From the NCBI RefSeq assembly GCF_011745625.1, contig NW_027191465.1:496001-560000 (forward strand): DNA of 64,000 nt, given 5' to 3'. Origin of the DNA: Cladosporium halotolerans (taxonomy: Eukaryota). Under the pieces are notes generated by a model. It was not told where the DNA came from and did not search any database. It worked only from the letters and a program-made list of their open reading frames with translations. The first letter of the stretch is position 1; the number at the start of each line of letters is the position of its first letter. Shown here piece by piece: positions 24,186-34,790 of this stretch. The position numbers and the translations under genes are program-made.

Positions 24186-25043
24186 CTATTTTTCCGTCAT
24201 CTTCTTCGCATACGTATCCGTCCACACCTTCATTCCGTCCTCATTGAGATACTCCGACTGCGGCGGCCTCTCCGGCGACGGGTGCCAGATAAGGTCCTGC
24301 AGATTCCCCTCAATAATCTCGCCGTTCTTGCCAGTCTGCACCCAATCATCCTTCTCCACATCTTCAAAGTGCGAGATCGCGTCAAAGCAGCGCATGATCG
24401 TGCTCATGGGCGTGATCTGCTCGGGTGGGAACAGCTCCAGGAAGCCCGGCTCAGGGAGGTTGGTCGCGACCATCGCCGGCGCGATCGCGTTGATGCGGAT
24501 ATCCTTGCCCTGCGAGACTGGCGCGAGACTGCGCGTGAGGCCGACGAGAGCGTGCTTTGTCGCAGAGTAGATGGGCACAGCGGAGATGGGGAAGATGCCA
24601 CTGCCGCTGGCGGTTATGGCTATCTTGCCACCGGTCCGCTTCTTGCCTGCTGCGGTGCTGTCGAGGCTCATGTAGTGTGCTGCGAGCTTGATGCCGTAGT
24701 ACTGGCCGGTGAAGTTGACGTCGATGGTCTTCATATTCGGCTCTGTAGGCGGCTTCGAAGGGTCGCCGGAGATGTTGTAGAAGATGTCGTCTTTATCTGA
24801 GATACCTGCGTTGAGGCCGCAGAAGTCGAGACGGCCTTGCGCATCGTATGCTTTCTGGAACAGAGCTGCTTGTTCGGACCAGGAAGAGATATCGGTGCGG
24901 ATGAAGGTCGTGTTCTCAAGGGTCTCAGGGGGCGGGTTGATGTCTGCCATGAACACATACCACTTGAGAGCCAGAAGATGCTTTGTCAGTGCCAGGCCAA
25001 TGCCTGAGCAGGCGCCTGTGACAATAGCTGTAGGGGGAGCCAT
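24186..25043 (-). CDS. Classical short-chain dehydrogenase/reductase (15-PGDH-like)
   Basis: Rossmann motif TGACSGIG, NAG, and catalytic YSATK. Intronless ORF. Confidence 0.92.
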   Translation of the reverse strand: MAPPTAIVTGACSGIGLALTKHLLALKWYVFMADINPPPETLENTTFIRTDISSWSEQAALFQKAYDAQGRLDFCGLNAGISDKDDIFYNISGDPSKPPTEPNMKTIDVNFTGQYYGIKLAAHYMSLDSTAAGKKRTGGKIAITASGSGIFPISAVPIYSATKHALVGLTRSLAPVSQGKDIRINAIAPAMVATNLPEPGFLELFPPEQITPMSTIMRCFDAISHFEDVEKDDWVQTGKNGEIIEGNLQDLIWHPSPERPPQSEYLNEDGMKVWTDTYAKKMTEK

Positions 25044-26106
25044 GATTGCTGTGAGTGAAGGCTGATATGGGTGTAGAGAAGACGTAGGAGAAGATAGTCG
25101 TAACCTACCGTTTCGTTATACTAAAGACATTGGTAGGGTTTTGTTACAGCCGGCAGAAATGCCCACTTCTCCTCACTGCCCTGCAAAGGGAGTGGTATCG
25201 GCAGTCAAGATTGTCGGCCCTACTGGGTAGGTGTTCCGCAGGCGAGAGGGGGGCAGCCTTCAGCAAGCCGAGCAGACGAAGTCAAACAAGCGGGGCAACG
25301 GCGCCTTCCGGACGGTCACGCCGAGATGCATAAATTAATAATGCAGCGCAAGGTGATGGCTCCTGTTATGCATTATTACCTGCAGTGTCAAGTGTGACCT
25401 GAGGTTGCACTACCACCGTTGTGCTTTGCTCGCTAAGGATCTACATGTGCCAGACGTGTGGTGTGCTCACCTGACGAAAACGTCCAGGTCGACAGTGTGA
25501 ACACACCCCATCGCCTGACCCCCTGTGGCTTTCAGCTACAGCGTCACCCTTCACACCGAGTACCTCTCGTACAATTCATTGTCCCTTGCCAGCCACTGTA
25601 GCACCTTGATGCGTGGCTTGTCATCATGGAGCGATGCCATGTTTAGCGAAGACAATTAAAAGTACAGGCTGGCTTGGAGGCTTGTACGGATAGTGATGGC
25701 GAGGACAGCCCATTACCCAACAGGTATCGCGTACCTCGACTAGCCAACGGCGACGTGTGATGTCCTCGTGGCGATTTCTCTCGGCTGGCTGTCTGCTAAG
25801 GCCTTCCCCTACCACTATCCGTCCTTTTACACCGTCACGTTCGGAGGGCCACACCCAGTCGGAGAATTATAGCATTTGGCGGCGGTGTGCTTCGACTCCA
25901 CATATGGCGCTGCTGACACCCATTATATCGAAGGATTGGCGTCTTGGTGTTTCTGCTTGTTGCGCGCCTGCACGCCTGACTGCGATGATCTCGAAGGTAA
26001 GAGGTTATAAACTCGCCCCTTCCTGGACCGTTGCCGTGGACGAGCTGTCGTTCCTCCTCGAGGTTTTGATTCGGTTACAAGTGAGAGAAAGCCACATCAG
26101 CCAGTC

Positions 26107-27604
26107 ATGGCTCCTTCTCAATCCGTTTGGTCCCGCATCAGGGGTATGATCAAGCGCATAACATCAAGGCGTCGTACCAAATCGTCCACCACCGAGCAAC
26201 CCGCTGCCCTACCCAACAAAGCATCTTCACCTGAGGAGCCGCAGGCGGCATCTCAACAGCCTAATAAACCTCAGGGCCAGTCCGAAGTAAGGGCTGCGAC
26301 CACTATGCCAACGTTGCAGATTGCTTTGCAGAACCAGACAAGCTCCAGTCAAGTCTATGCCTACATCAGTAAGATTTCGAGGGATACGCGAAAAAAAGTG
26401 CTCTCTACTGACATCACGCAGCGGGCCAGGCCATCGACAACAACAGCGCTCTATTTTTATTGTCCGCCGATGCCAAGACAGCCTACTATCCACCGTCGCC
26501 ATCATCGACGGGTCAGCCACTGGGCCAGGATGTGTCGATCCAACTAGGCGCACCAGGAAGTACCGTCACTGCAACGATTCCACGAATCGCTGGTGGCCGC
26601 ATCTGGTTCTCTGTGGGCAAACCACTGCAGTTCTTTGTCAATCCAGGCCCAGGCCTCGTGGAGCCCTCGATCTTCAACCCATCCGACCCTAACGTCGATA
26701 CAAACTTTGGATTCTGCGAATTTACGTACAACAGCTGGGAGTTGTTCATCAACATCAGCTACGTTGATTTCGTCTCCGCGGTGCCAATCGCTTTGACGCT
26801 CAAGAATGAGTCCGGGGCCACCTCGCACGTGTCAGGAATGAAGCCTGACGGTCTTGAGCAAATCTGCAAGGGTCTGCAGAATCAGACCGCCAAAGACGGC
26901 CGCAGGTGGAGTTCTTTAATCGTCAAATCGAAGAGTGGTCAGAATCTCCGTGCGCTCAGCCCAAACTCTGGTATCTTGCTTAACCCTTCGTGGTTCAAGA
27001 CCTACTGGGACGATTACGTGAATCAAGGTGAGTCAGGTCACTGACATCGGCGAGCATCAACGTCTTACTGACAACAACAGTCTGGTCACGCTACACGACA
27101 CAGCCGCTCACCATCAACACCCAAGCGTCTTTCGGCAACGTCAACGGCCAAGTGACCAACAACGCCTTGACCTACGCAAACGGCACCATTACGTTCCAGA
27201 AGCCAACCGCTAGGGATATCTTCGGCTGCTCGACGGGCCCCTTTCAGACCGGCGGCAACCAACAGACGAACGCCATCATTCCTCGCCTGGCCGCAGCGTT
27301 CAATCGCAGCACCTTGTTGTTGGCCAGTGAGCACCCGAACAAAGTCGGCCCGGCGCAGTATTATCAGAATGCTGTGACGAACGTGAGTCTTACCCGGTTT
27401 ATCTCGCGAGATTACAAGTTAACAACTATCTATCAGCATTACTCTCGACTTGTTCATGCCGCGAACATCGACGGAAAAGGCTACGCTTTCCCGTACGACG
27501 ATGTCACCCCAGACGGAGGAGTTGGACAAGAGGGAGCGATGAGCAGCCCGAACCCTGCTTTGCTTACCGTTACCGTGGGTGGTCTCAATGCTTACGTGGC
27601 TTGA
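26107..27604 (+). CDS. GH64 beta-1,3-glucanase; exons 26107 (or 26305)-26368, 26422-27027, 27081-27382, 27437-27604
   Basis: Motifs IAGGRIWFS, LVEPS, FCEFTYN, NISYVDFV, RLAAAFNRST, NHYSR and GYAFPYDDV. Three canonical introns. TATAAA near 26007. Confidence 0.9.
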
Positions 27605-27829
27605 GAAGGAAGGGTAAAGAAATGAGGAAGATGCAGAGTGCTAGAACATGTTGTACAGCACGTTCCTATCGTTAGATATCTTGTTTTGCAAGATCTTGTT
27701 CTCCTGATACGAATTGGACATTGACACTCTTCCCACGTAGCACAAAAACTTGAAAAAATGCTCTTGACATACAGTACAGTAAGTATCCCAAGCCAGGGCA
27801 AGATCCAATTGACCAGACCATTCTCGAAA

Positions 27830-28579
27830 TCACACCGAATCGCTCCTCCGCTCCAGCGTCTTTGAATCAACCGACCGTCTTGCCGGCCATGCAGAACTCG
27901 GCCTCGCTCTCTCCTGCGACCGGTGCATCTCATCAACATCAATAAACCACCTCTTCTCATCGCGCCCCTGATGCGAATTATGCGCGACAAAATTCACCCC
28001 ATCATCCGGCATCGGCGAGCTCCCATCCGCCTCCTCGTCATCATTCTGGAATGGAAAATAACTTATCTTGCCCGTCTCATGCTCAACGGCAAACCCCTGC
28101 GCTTCCTCGTTCACCTCCACGTCCTGCCTCCCGAGAAAAGCCTTTATCCCATCAACAATATACCACCCTGTCAAAAATGCGCCGTGCTCCGGATGTCTCA
28201 GTAGCGGACAAACAACAACCACCTCCTCGATGTCCGCCACTTCCGGCCACCTCGACGCCACACTCTCATCCATGAGCTTCACATAAGTTTGGTCGCGCAC
28301 GTACACCCCTTCCCCGGGCGTCACGAGGCGCATGTCCTGCGAAGTGTCGTGCTGCGTGACGAAATCCAGATGCCCGGCGTTAATGTGCGCCACGAAACAG
28401 GTGGTGTCTGAGAGTTTAAAGTAGACACCCACGCAAGTGTGGCAGCCGTGGGTGCCGATGGCTGGGAGGGCGGCGGGGTCGAAGGTGAGGATGTCGGAGG
28501 CGTTCGCGGGCCGGTGGGTATAGGTGCCGCCGTGAGAGTCGGTGATGCAGCGCCAGTGGAGGGCGGTGGGGGAGATCAT
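27830..28579 (-). CDS. Intronless hypothetical protein (249 aa) with a CheD/NTAN1-like Cys...His motif
   Basis: ATG at 28579 in an ACCATG context starts an ORF with globular composition. Motif IGTHGCHTCVGVYF..CFVAHIN. The family assignment is inference. Confidence 0.7.
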   Translation of the reverse strand: MISPTALHWRCITDSHGGTYTHRPANASDILTFDPAALPAIGTHGCHTCVGVYFKLSDTTCFVAHINAGHLDFVTQHDTSQDMRLVTPGEGVYVRDQTYVKLMDESVASRWPEVADIEEVVVVCPLLRHPEHGAFLTGWYIVDGIKAFLGRQDVEVNEEAQGFAVEHETGKISYFPFQNDDEEADGSSPMPDDGVNFVAHNSHQGRDEKRWFIDVDEMHRSQERARPSSAWPARRSVDSKTLERRSDSV

Positions 28580-28910
28580 GGTGAGGATTTGGGGGGTGCT
28601 GGTTGCTGGATGTAGGATGGTGGATGTGCATGGTTGGCGGAGGGGGTATTTATTGGGTGTGCAGGAGTGAAACGTGAATGTTTGCTTGATGAGAGTGAAG
28701 TCTGCGAGCGGTGAATAGAGGTGGTCTTCGCGATCAAGACTGCAGTGCGGAGCTATTGAAGGTTTCAAGCAGCGATCCATTGTCTTGCCACATGATGTGA
28801 GACCGTTCGTCATGGGGTATCAAGCAAACCTCAACGCAGACCATAGAATGACACGATCAATGTCGCCTTCGCGATGGCAGCACCAAAGGCGCCATCAAGC
28901 AAACGATCGA

Positions 28911-29948
28911 TCAGTCGAACATCTGCCTGACGTTCAAATTGATTCTCTTCCTTTCCATCCATCCCTTCCATTCTTCGTATTCATCTCCTGGCCAATTCTG
29001 CATCCATTCCGGGCAGGTCCCTTCAAGTACTTTCGGCACACTATGCCAAGCGTATCTGCTTTCGCCGCTCATCAAGACCGCATCCCCGGATCTGAGCCTC
29101 AAAGTGGCAACTTTGGGAATGCCATCTTGCTCCTCTCCATCAAGCCCGATCGTGAAGATGCCGTCACAGCCCAGTGATATTGATACCAGCGGCTGATTGC
29201 ATTCTTCGCTGACGTCGCGATGCAGGGAAAGTGTGTCGCCGGGCGAATACAGATTCACGATTGCCGCCTCAGCTTTCATCGGGAAGATGTCTTCAATCAG
29301 GCGCTTAATATCCGGAGGGAAAGGAGGTGGAGGACCATCGGGATATACTTTGTTAGTCCAGTCGTACTGTCCACCAAGGGTCATCCAGCGGAGCTTTTTG
29401 GTAAGGTACTGTTGGGTTGTGATCGATTTGTGAACAGTAGGATCTCTAGGCTCAAAGCTGAGGTTCTTGGCCTGTTCGTCGAAATATGACCTATGACCAG
29501 GAGGATACGTGACGCCGTGAAACATATGCACGTTCGTCTGGTGGTCCTCGTTGGATAGGTCGCGATGGAATGACTTTGCAAGGATTTGAAGCTGGACTTC
29601 CTGTGGGAATAGAGAAGGGTAGACAAAGAGCCCTATTGACTCACCTCAGATCAATGCTCTGCCAATGTTGAGATTGGCAGACTTACCAGGAACAGCATTG
29701 ATGCTGTAAATCTGAGGGACGTCTGCTTGATCGATCTGACAACCAGCAAATCCTGCGAAGGTCTGTCTGATCTCTGCTGACAGATGCAGTAGGCTCGAAG
29801 GCGTGGCATGTGAGCTGTTTTGCAGGTTCAAGGTGTCTATAACCCCATCGTCCTGATCAACAGCACGAGGGTTCAGTTTCTGATAGTGCTTGTAGACCTG
29901 CCTGATGAAGTCGGGAGGCTTGGCGTGAGCATCCAGTGGCCCGGCCAT
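28911..29948 (-). CDS. AlkB-family (ALKBH1-like) 2OG-Fe(II) dioxygenase; exons 29948-29687, 29632-28911
   Basis: Motifs KLRWMTLGGQYDW, EAAIVNLY, LSLHRDVSE (HxD), LRSGD, WHSVP and RINLNVRQ. Intron 29633-29686. Confidence 0.93.
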
Positions 29949-30088
29949 ATTGGAGGTATCAATGAGACGGATTGAACGCCCCAACAGGCTCTGGCACAGT
30001 CAAGTTGACTTTTTGATCAAGACATGAAGATGTGGTTGTGCTCCAAACGTTTGCTCGATGCGTTCGTTCCCCAGAAATAAAATCGCAA

Positions 30089-30147
30089 ATCGCGTCATGC
30101 CAAGCCCGACGTCCTGCTTGTCGCGTCTTCCAGCTCCTTCACGCGTC
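30089..30147. promoter_or_regulatory. Three MCB-like CGCGTC elements, one a perfect ACGCGT, in a ~300 bp divergent promoter
   Basis: TCGCGTC at 30090, TCGCGTC at 30121 and ACGCGTC at 30141. Confidence 0.45.
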
Positions 30148-30255
30148 TGGCTGGCTGCATCGAAGTCGACACATTCTTAGACGCACTAATAATCATGCAA
30201 CATCTGATCTGAGATCTCACACACGCCTGTCGAATGCCTTCTCGACCGGCTCAAG

Positions 30256-32226
30256 ATGCCTGCTTCAGGGATCAAGAAACAAAAGAAATTCGGCCACCGT
30301 CGACACATTGCTAAGCCAAGGGCTTCGCTGGCTTCCATCGAGAAAGAGAAACGCCAGTCTTCGTTGACACAGTTGGACTTCGTCAGCACACCACATACTT
30401 CCACCGAGATCATATCCATACCGAGTAGCTATGAGGACGAGCATGACTTTGCGGTAGAGCAGCCTAGGAAAAGGCGACGGGTATCTGGCGGAGATGATGA
30501 TAATGGGGAGGACGATTGGACTCCTAAAGCAAGGGCCATATCCAATGCTAGGCGTCGGTCAGGAAAGATCAAGCAGGAACATGAGTTGGAGAAAGGGCAG
30601 CAGACTATGACGCAAATGGATTTTGTGCCTTCGTCGTTCGGGCGCCGGACGATCGACGATATTGTGGATGACAGCGAGGGCGAGGACGATCTGGACCACG
30701 GACCGGCGAGAAGGGATGTTCCTGATGTCTCGCGAGAGTCAAAAACGAAGAGAAGGTTGCCATGGTTGGGGCACATAGATGATGGTGTTGTGAATAAATC
30801 TGCATCCAGGCGGGCGGTTTCACCTGCGAAGGAGTCGAGACGACTGAGCCCTCGGAAGGAGGATCCGGTCCCCCAGGAGCTCGCACTTCACAGCATTGCT
30901 ACTCATGATTTCACTACTCCGAAGAAATCAGCTCGACATCTGGAAATACCATCATCGCAGACGCCTCCTAGCATCAAAATGTCTCCAACCCGCTCGCAGA
31001 GGTCAGAGCGACGACTGAATCCAGAACAGTCACCATCAAAGCTCAAGACCATGCGAAGGTCTCCATTAAAGGAGAAAAGCACAAATGTTCCGCCGCCCCG
31101 ATGGCAACAGGAATCACAAGAAAGTCAAAACCCAACAATGAAAATGCTGCAGCAAGTGCGTATGCGCACAAAGATGGGCAAGGCGCCTTTGCATGAAGAA
31201 GCTCCCATGCCACCGCCGAGAAGACCTCATCGGCCAGTACTAGTCGAAGCTACGCAAGCCAGCGAGCAATCTGCGCCAAAGCCAGCATCGCCTCGGAAAC
31301 TGAAGAGAACTACCACCATCCAAGATTCCCAAGTCTCAGATGAGAATATCATGACCCAGGCACCTCCAGCACTGCATCGGACCTTGACTGTGCAAGACTC
31401 GCAGCAGGAAGATCTCGACTTGTCAAGCCAGCTCTACCGCAGTCTGTCTGACCGCGAGAATATCAAAGACTCCCAAGCATATAACGAAACTCACGACGAT
31501 CACGACTATGACGATCCAGGTCCACATACATTCGACCCAGTAAGCGCTGCTCTGGACAGAGACGCCGCCCGTTACGCCTGGACACAGACCCAGGCGCCAC
31601 GCACGCAGCACTCGAAGACTCTCATCGCGGACAGCGAAGCCGAAAGCGACGAAGAGGAAACCTACGAGGACGACCTCGACCGCGGCATCGGCCCAGCCTC
31701 AGACCACGAAGATGAAGACGAAGTGATCATGCTTCCGAATCCCAAAGAAGGGCCTTCGCAGGAACTCTGCAGCGACGACCTGCCCGCTCCCATCGGCGAG
31801 CAGGACAAGACACCCATGCAGCCTACCCCACTCGCCAAAGAATCCCACTCGAACTCTAGATCTCCACCATCCTCTCCCCCTCTTCCCCGACCTAGCCGGG
31901 CCGGCAAAATTACGCCGACGCAGTCCTCGCCGCGCCACGACTTCGCTTCCAAGCAAGACGCTGTACAACAAGAAGGCGACCTTTCACCGCCGAGCTCACC
32001 CAGTCGCCCCATCAGCCCAGTCGAGAAACCCCTTCCGGAGACTCAGGCGTTGACTATCTCGAGCTCGCCCCTGCCGCTGCCGCCCTGGAACTCGTCGGGC
32101 GATGCGGGTTCAAGGTTCTACGCGCAGCAGAAGCGGGAGGAAGGAAGAGAAGAGCCAGAGAGCCTGGTCGATTTCAGCTTACCGCCGCCACCGCCGTTGG
32201 GAATGACTTCGTCGCCTTGGAGGTGA
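30256..32226 (+). CDS. Intrinsically disordered, SQ/TQ-rich putative nuclear protein (656 aa)
   Basis: Long ATG-started ORF with basic NLS-like patches (PRKRRR) and 18 SQ/TQ dipeptides. No recognisable globular domain. Confidence 0.8.
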   Translation: MPASGIKKQKKFGHRRHIAKPRASLASIEKEKRQSSLTQLDFVSTPHTSTEIISIPSSYEDEHDFAVEQPRKRRRVSGGDDDNGEDDWTPKARAISNARRRSGKIKQEHELEKGQQTMTQMDFVPSSFGRRTIDDIVDDSEGEDDLDHGPARRDVPDVSRESKTKRRLPWLGHIDDGVVNKSASRRAVSPAKESRRLSPRKEDPVPQELALHSIATHDFTTPKKSARHLEIPSSQTPPSIKMSPTRSQRSERRLNPEQSPSKLKTMRRSPLKEKSTNVPPPRWQQESQESQNPTMKMLQQVRMRTKMGKAPLHEEAPMPPPRRPHRPVLVEATQASEQSAPKPASPRKLKRTTTIQDSQVSDENIMTQAPPALHRTLTVQDSQQEDLDLSSQLYRSLSDRENIKDSQAYNETHDDHDYDDPGPHTFDPVSAALDRDAARYAWTQTQAPRTQHSKTLIADSEAESDEEETYEDDLDRGIGPASDHEDEDEVIMLPNPKEGPSQELCSDDLPAPIGEQDKTPMQPTPLAKESHSNSRSPPSSPPLPRPSRAGKITPTQSSPRHDFASKQDAVQQEGDLSPPSSPSRPISPVEKPLPETQALTISSSPLPLPPWNSSGDAGSRFYAQQKREEGREEPESLVDFSLPPPPPLGMTSSPWR

Positions 32227-32555
32227 CGAGTGCTAGGCTGCTGTATATCACTTTTCTAGAACACGAGCACTTAATGAGAGTTGGAAACCGGAACACTTCC
32301 GTCCGTTCAGATATATCGATTTTTTCAAACAGAAAACGTTACCTACGTACGCCTAATTTCCCCTATTCGTGATCCTGAGTCGCTTCGCTACCTCCCTGCC
32401 ATGCACACATGCCTTTCAAGGCGGGTCGTCTTGATGTCCTTGCCGATTTGCCCTCCGTCGTAATCAGTGGAATCCTTCTGACCCATGGGAGAAAGACTCC
32501 TCGTCAAAGAAATAACAACTTCGTCGCGACGTGTTCACACCATGCGTTTATGCGC

Positions 32556-34790
32556 TTAAGAGGCAATAGCATCGGCCTCAGCCTTGGCATCGGCCGCCTT
32601 GGCCTCGCCAACGGGGTCGGTGATCAGCCTGGTGATCTTGCCGATGGCGATGGTCTGGCCCTGGTCACGGAGGGTGAAGCGGCCCATCTGAGGGTAGTCC
32701 TCGAAACGCTCAACGCAAACGTTGCTAACGGCGCCGGTGATCTCGAGGCGGGCAATGATGTTCATGCCCTGCTTGGCGAATCCAGGGGGCTTCTTGCTCT
32801 TGCGGTTGGTCTTGGGCTCGAGCTTGTGCAGCAGGGCGGAGAAGGTGACCTCTTCGGTGGCGGAGTGGACGTGCAGCACGCAGTTGAAACCGGCGGACAG
32901 GATGGACTTGAGCTCCAGCAGGCGGATCTGCGCCTCGAAGGCCGTCACGCAGTGCACGGGGCGGCGCGGGGAGCAGAGCACGAAGCCGGGCATGATGTCT
33001 TCTTCTTCGACACCCTTGATGCGGATGCGGACCTGCTCACCGCAGGCGGCCATGGGGATTTCGTCCTCAGTTTCGCCGAAGAGGGCGGAGATGGTGATCT
33101 CCGCTCTGCTGGGCATGAGGATGTACTTGGCGTCCTTCTTGATGACACCGGCCTCGATCTTGCCTTCAATCATGGTGCCGAGGTCGCGGTACTTGGCGGC
33201 GATGGGCATCATGAAAGGCGCGTTCACCTTGCGCTCCAATGTCTGCATGTTGTCGAGGTATTCGAGAAGGGAGGGCGCGTCGTTCCAGGGAGCGACTTCC
33301 TTGGGCACGCGATCCTTGATACCGAGGGTTTGCTGCGCGGCGACGGGCATGAAAGTCAGGTCGGTCTTGGGGTTGTATCCCAAGCCCTTCAAGAAGATTG
33401 TGAGCTTAGCAAGACACTCGTTGTAGCGATCCTGCGACCATTCAACAGTTGCGTCGTCCATCTTGTTGACGACAACGATGAGCTTGTTGATACCCTGAGT
33501 CTTTGCAAGGACGGCGTGCTCACGAGTCTGACCGCCCTTTTCGAAACCGGTCTCGTACTCGCCCTTGCGGGCCGAGATAACCAGCACACCAACGTCGGCC
33601 TGGGAAGCACCAGAAACCATGTTGGGGACGTACGTCTTGTGACCGGGGGCGTCGAGGATGGAGTAGCGGCGCTTCTCAGTCTCGAAGAAACCCCTACCGA
33701 CCTCAACAGTCTTACCCTTGGAGCGTTCTTCTTTGGTCTGGTCAAGCGCCCATGACAGGTACCATGATTCTCTGCCCAATTCCTTGGATTCTCTCTTGTA
33801 CTTTTCCATTGTTCGCTCATCGACCATGCCGGAGGCGTAGAGGATGCTACCACCGAGGGTACTCTTTCCAGCATCGACGTGTCCCAAGAAGATAACGTTC
33901 ACGTGCTCCTTGCCGTACATCTCCTCGATGAGCTCGTCCCCGACCTCGGCTGCCTGCTCCTGCGCAACAAGATCGGCTCGTCGCTGCTCGGCCTTCTGCT
34001 CAGCCTTCGACGGTGTGGGGGATTGACGGCCAGAGGCGGTAGGGGAAGTGTTGCCGCTGGCGGTGGCCGACTCGCCGGTCTTCTCGACAGCCTTGGCCGC
34101 AGTGACTGCCTTGCCGGCACCAGGAGCGTCGCTGGCCTTGTCTTTTGCGGAAGGAGCTGGCGATGCGGCGGGTGAGGGAACGCCCAGAGAGAGGACCTTG
34201 GTGCCGCCGACCTTCTCGGCCTTTGGCTTTGCTCCAGTGTCATCCGCGCTCAAGGAGAGGGTCTTCGCAGGTGCCTTAGCACCAGTATCTTGTGCACTCA
34301 GTGAGAGCGTCTTTACGGGAGCTGCACCAGCAGGCTTGGGTGCCGCAGCAGGCTTTGGCTGTGAAGCAGTAGGGAGTGCCTCGCCGCGCTTAGCAAGCAT
34401 AGGCGCCTGCTGTCGCTGCTGGGGAGGGACGTATGATTGCTGAGACTGCTGGTACTGTCCGTAGCCCTGCTGTCCGTAGTTCTGTCCGTAACCCTGTTGT
34501 CCGTATTGCTGGTAGGCCTGCTGGCCATATCCACCTCCATACTGGCCGTACTGGGGGTAGCCATACTGCTGACCGTATCCACCGCCGTACTGGCTGAAGT
34601 TGCCGGGCTGAAAGGATGCGGCGCCAGGAGTGAAGCTAGAAGCACCAGGTGTGAAAGTGCTCGCGCCGGGAACGAAGGTGTTGGGGCCCTGCTGCTGCTG
34701 TTGCTGGAAATTCAGGCTCTGCTGGGTCTGCTGGGACAGATCCTCGTCGCGCATCTGGTCTTCCCAGCTGTCGGGGGCGCCGTTGGCCAT
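32556..34790 (-). CDS. SUP35: Translation release factor eRF3 with Q/G/Y-rich prion-like N domain
   Basis: Motifs KEHVNVIFLGHVDAGKST, RESWYLSWALD, DAPGH, NKMD and GRFTLRDQGQTIAIGK. Intronless. Confidence 0.98.
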   Translation of the reverse strand: MANGAPDSWEDQMRDEDLSQQTQQSLNFQQQQQQGPNTFVPGASTFTPGASSFTPGAASFQPGNFSQYGGGYGQQYGYPQYGQYGGGYGQQAYQQYGQQGYGQNYGQQGYGQYQQSQQSYVPPQQRQQAPMLAKRGEALPTASQPKPAAAPKPAGAAPVKTLSLSAQDTGAKAPAKTLSLSADDTGAKPKAEKVGGTKVLSLGVPSPAASPAPSAKDKASDAPGAGKAVTAAKAVEKTGESATASGNTSPTASGRQSPTPSKAEQKAEQRRADLVAQEQAAEVGDELIEEMYGKEHVNVIFLGHVDAGKSTLGGSILYASGMVDERTMEKYKRESKELGRESWYLSWALDQTKEERSKGKTVEVGRGFFETEKRRYSILDAPGHKTYVPNMVSGASQADVGVLVISARKGEYETGFEKGGQTREHAVLAKTQGINKLIVVVNKMDDATVEWSQDRYNECLAKLTIFLKGLGYNPKTDLTFMPVAAQQTLGIKDRVPKEVAPWNDAPSLLEYLDNMQTLERKVNAPFMMPIAAKYRDLGTMIEGKIEAGVIKKDAKYILMPSRAEITISALFGETEDEIPMAACGEQVRIRIKGVEEEDIMPGFVLCSPRRPVHCVTAFEAQIRLLELKSILSAGFNCVLHVHSATEEVTFSALLHKLEPKTNRKSKKPPGFAKQGMNIIARLEITGAVSNVCVERFEDYPQMGRFTLRDQGQTIAIGKITRLITDPVGEAKAADAKAEADAIAS

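Noticed and set aside
24186..29948. SDR, GH64, orphan and AlkB (or the 2OG oxygenase at 45610) as a secondary-metabolite cluster
   Set aside because: No backbone enzyme (PKS/NRPS/terpene synthase), transporter or cluster transcription factor; the neighbours are housekeeping genes.
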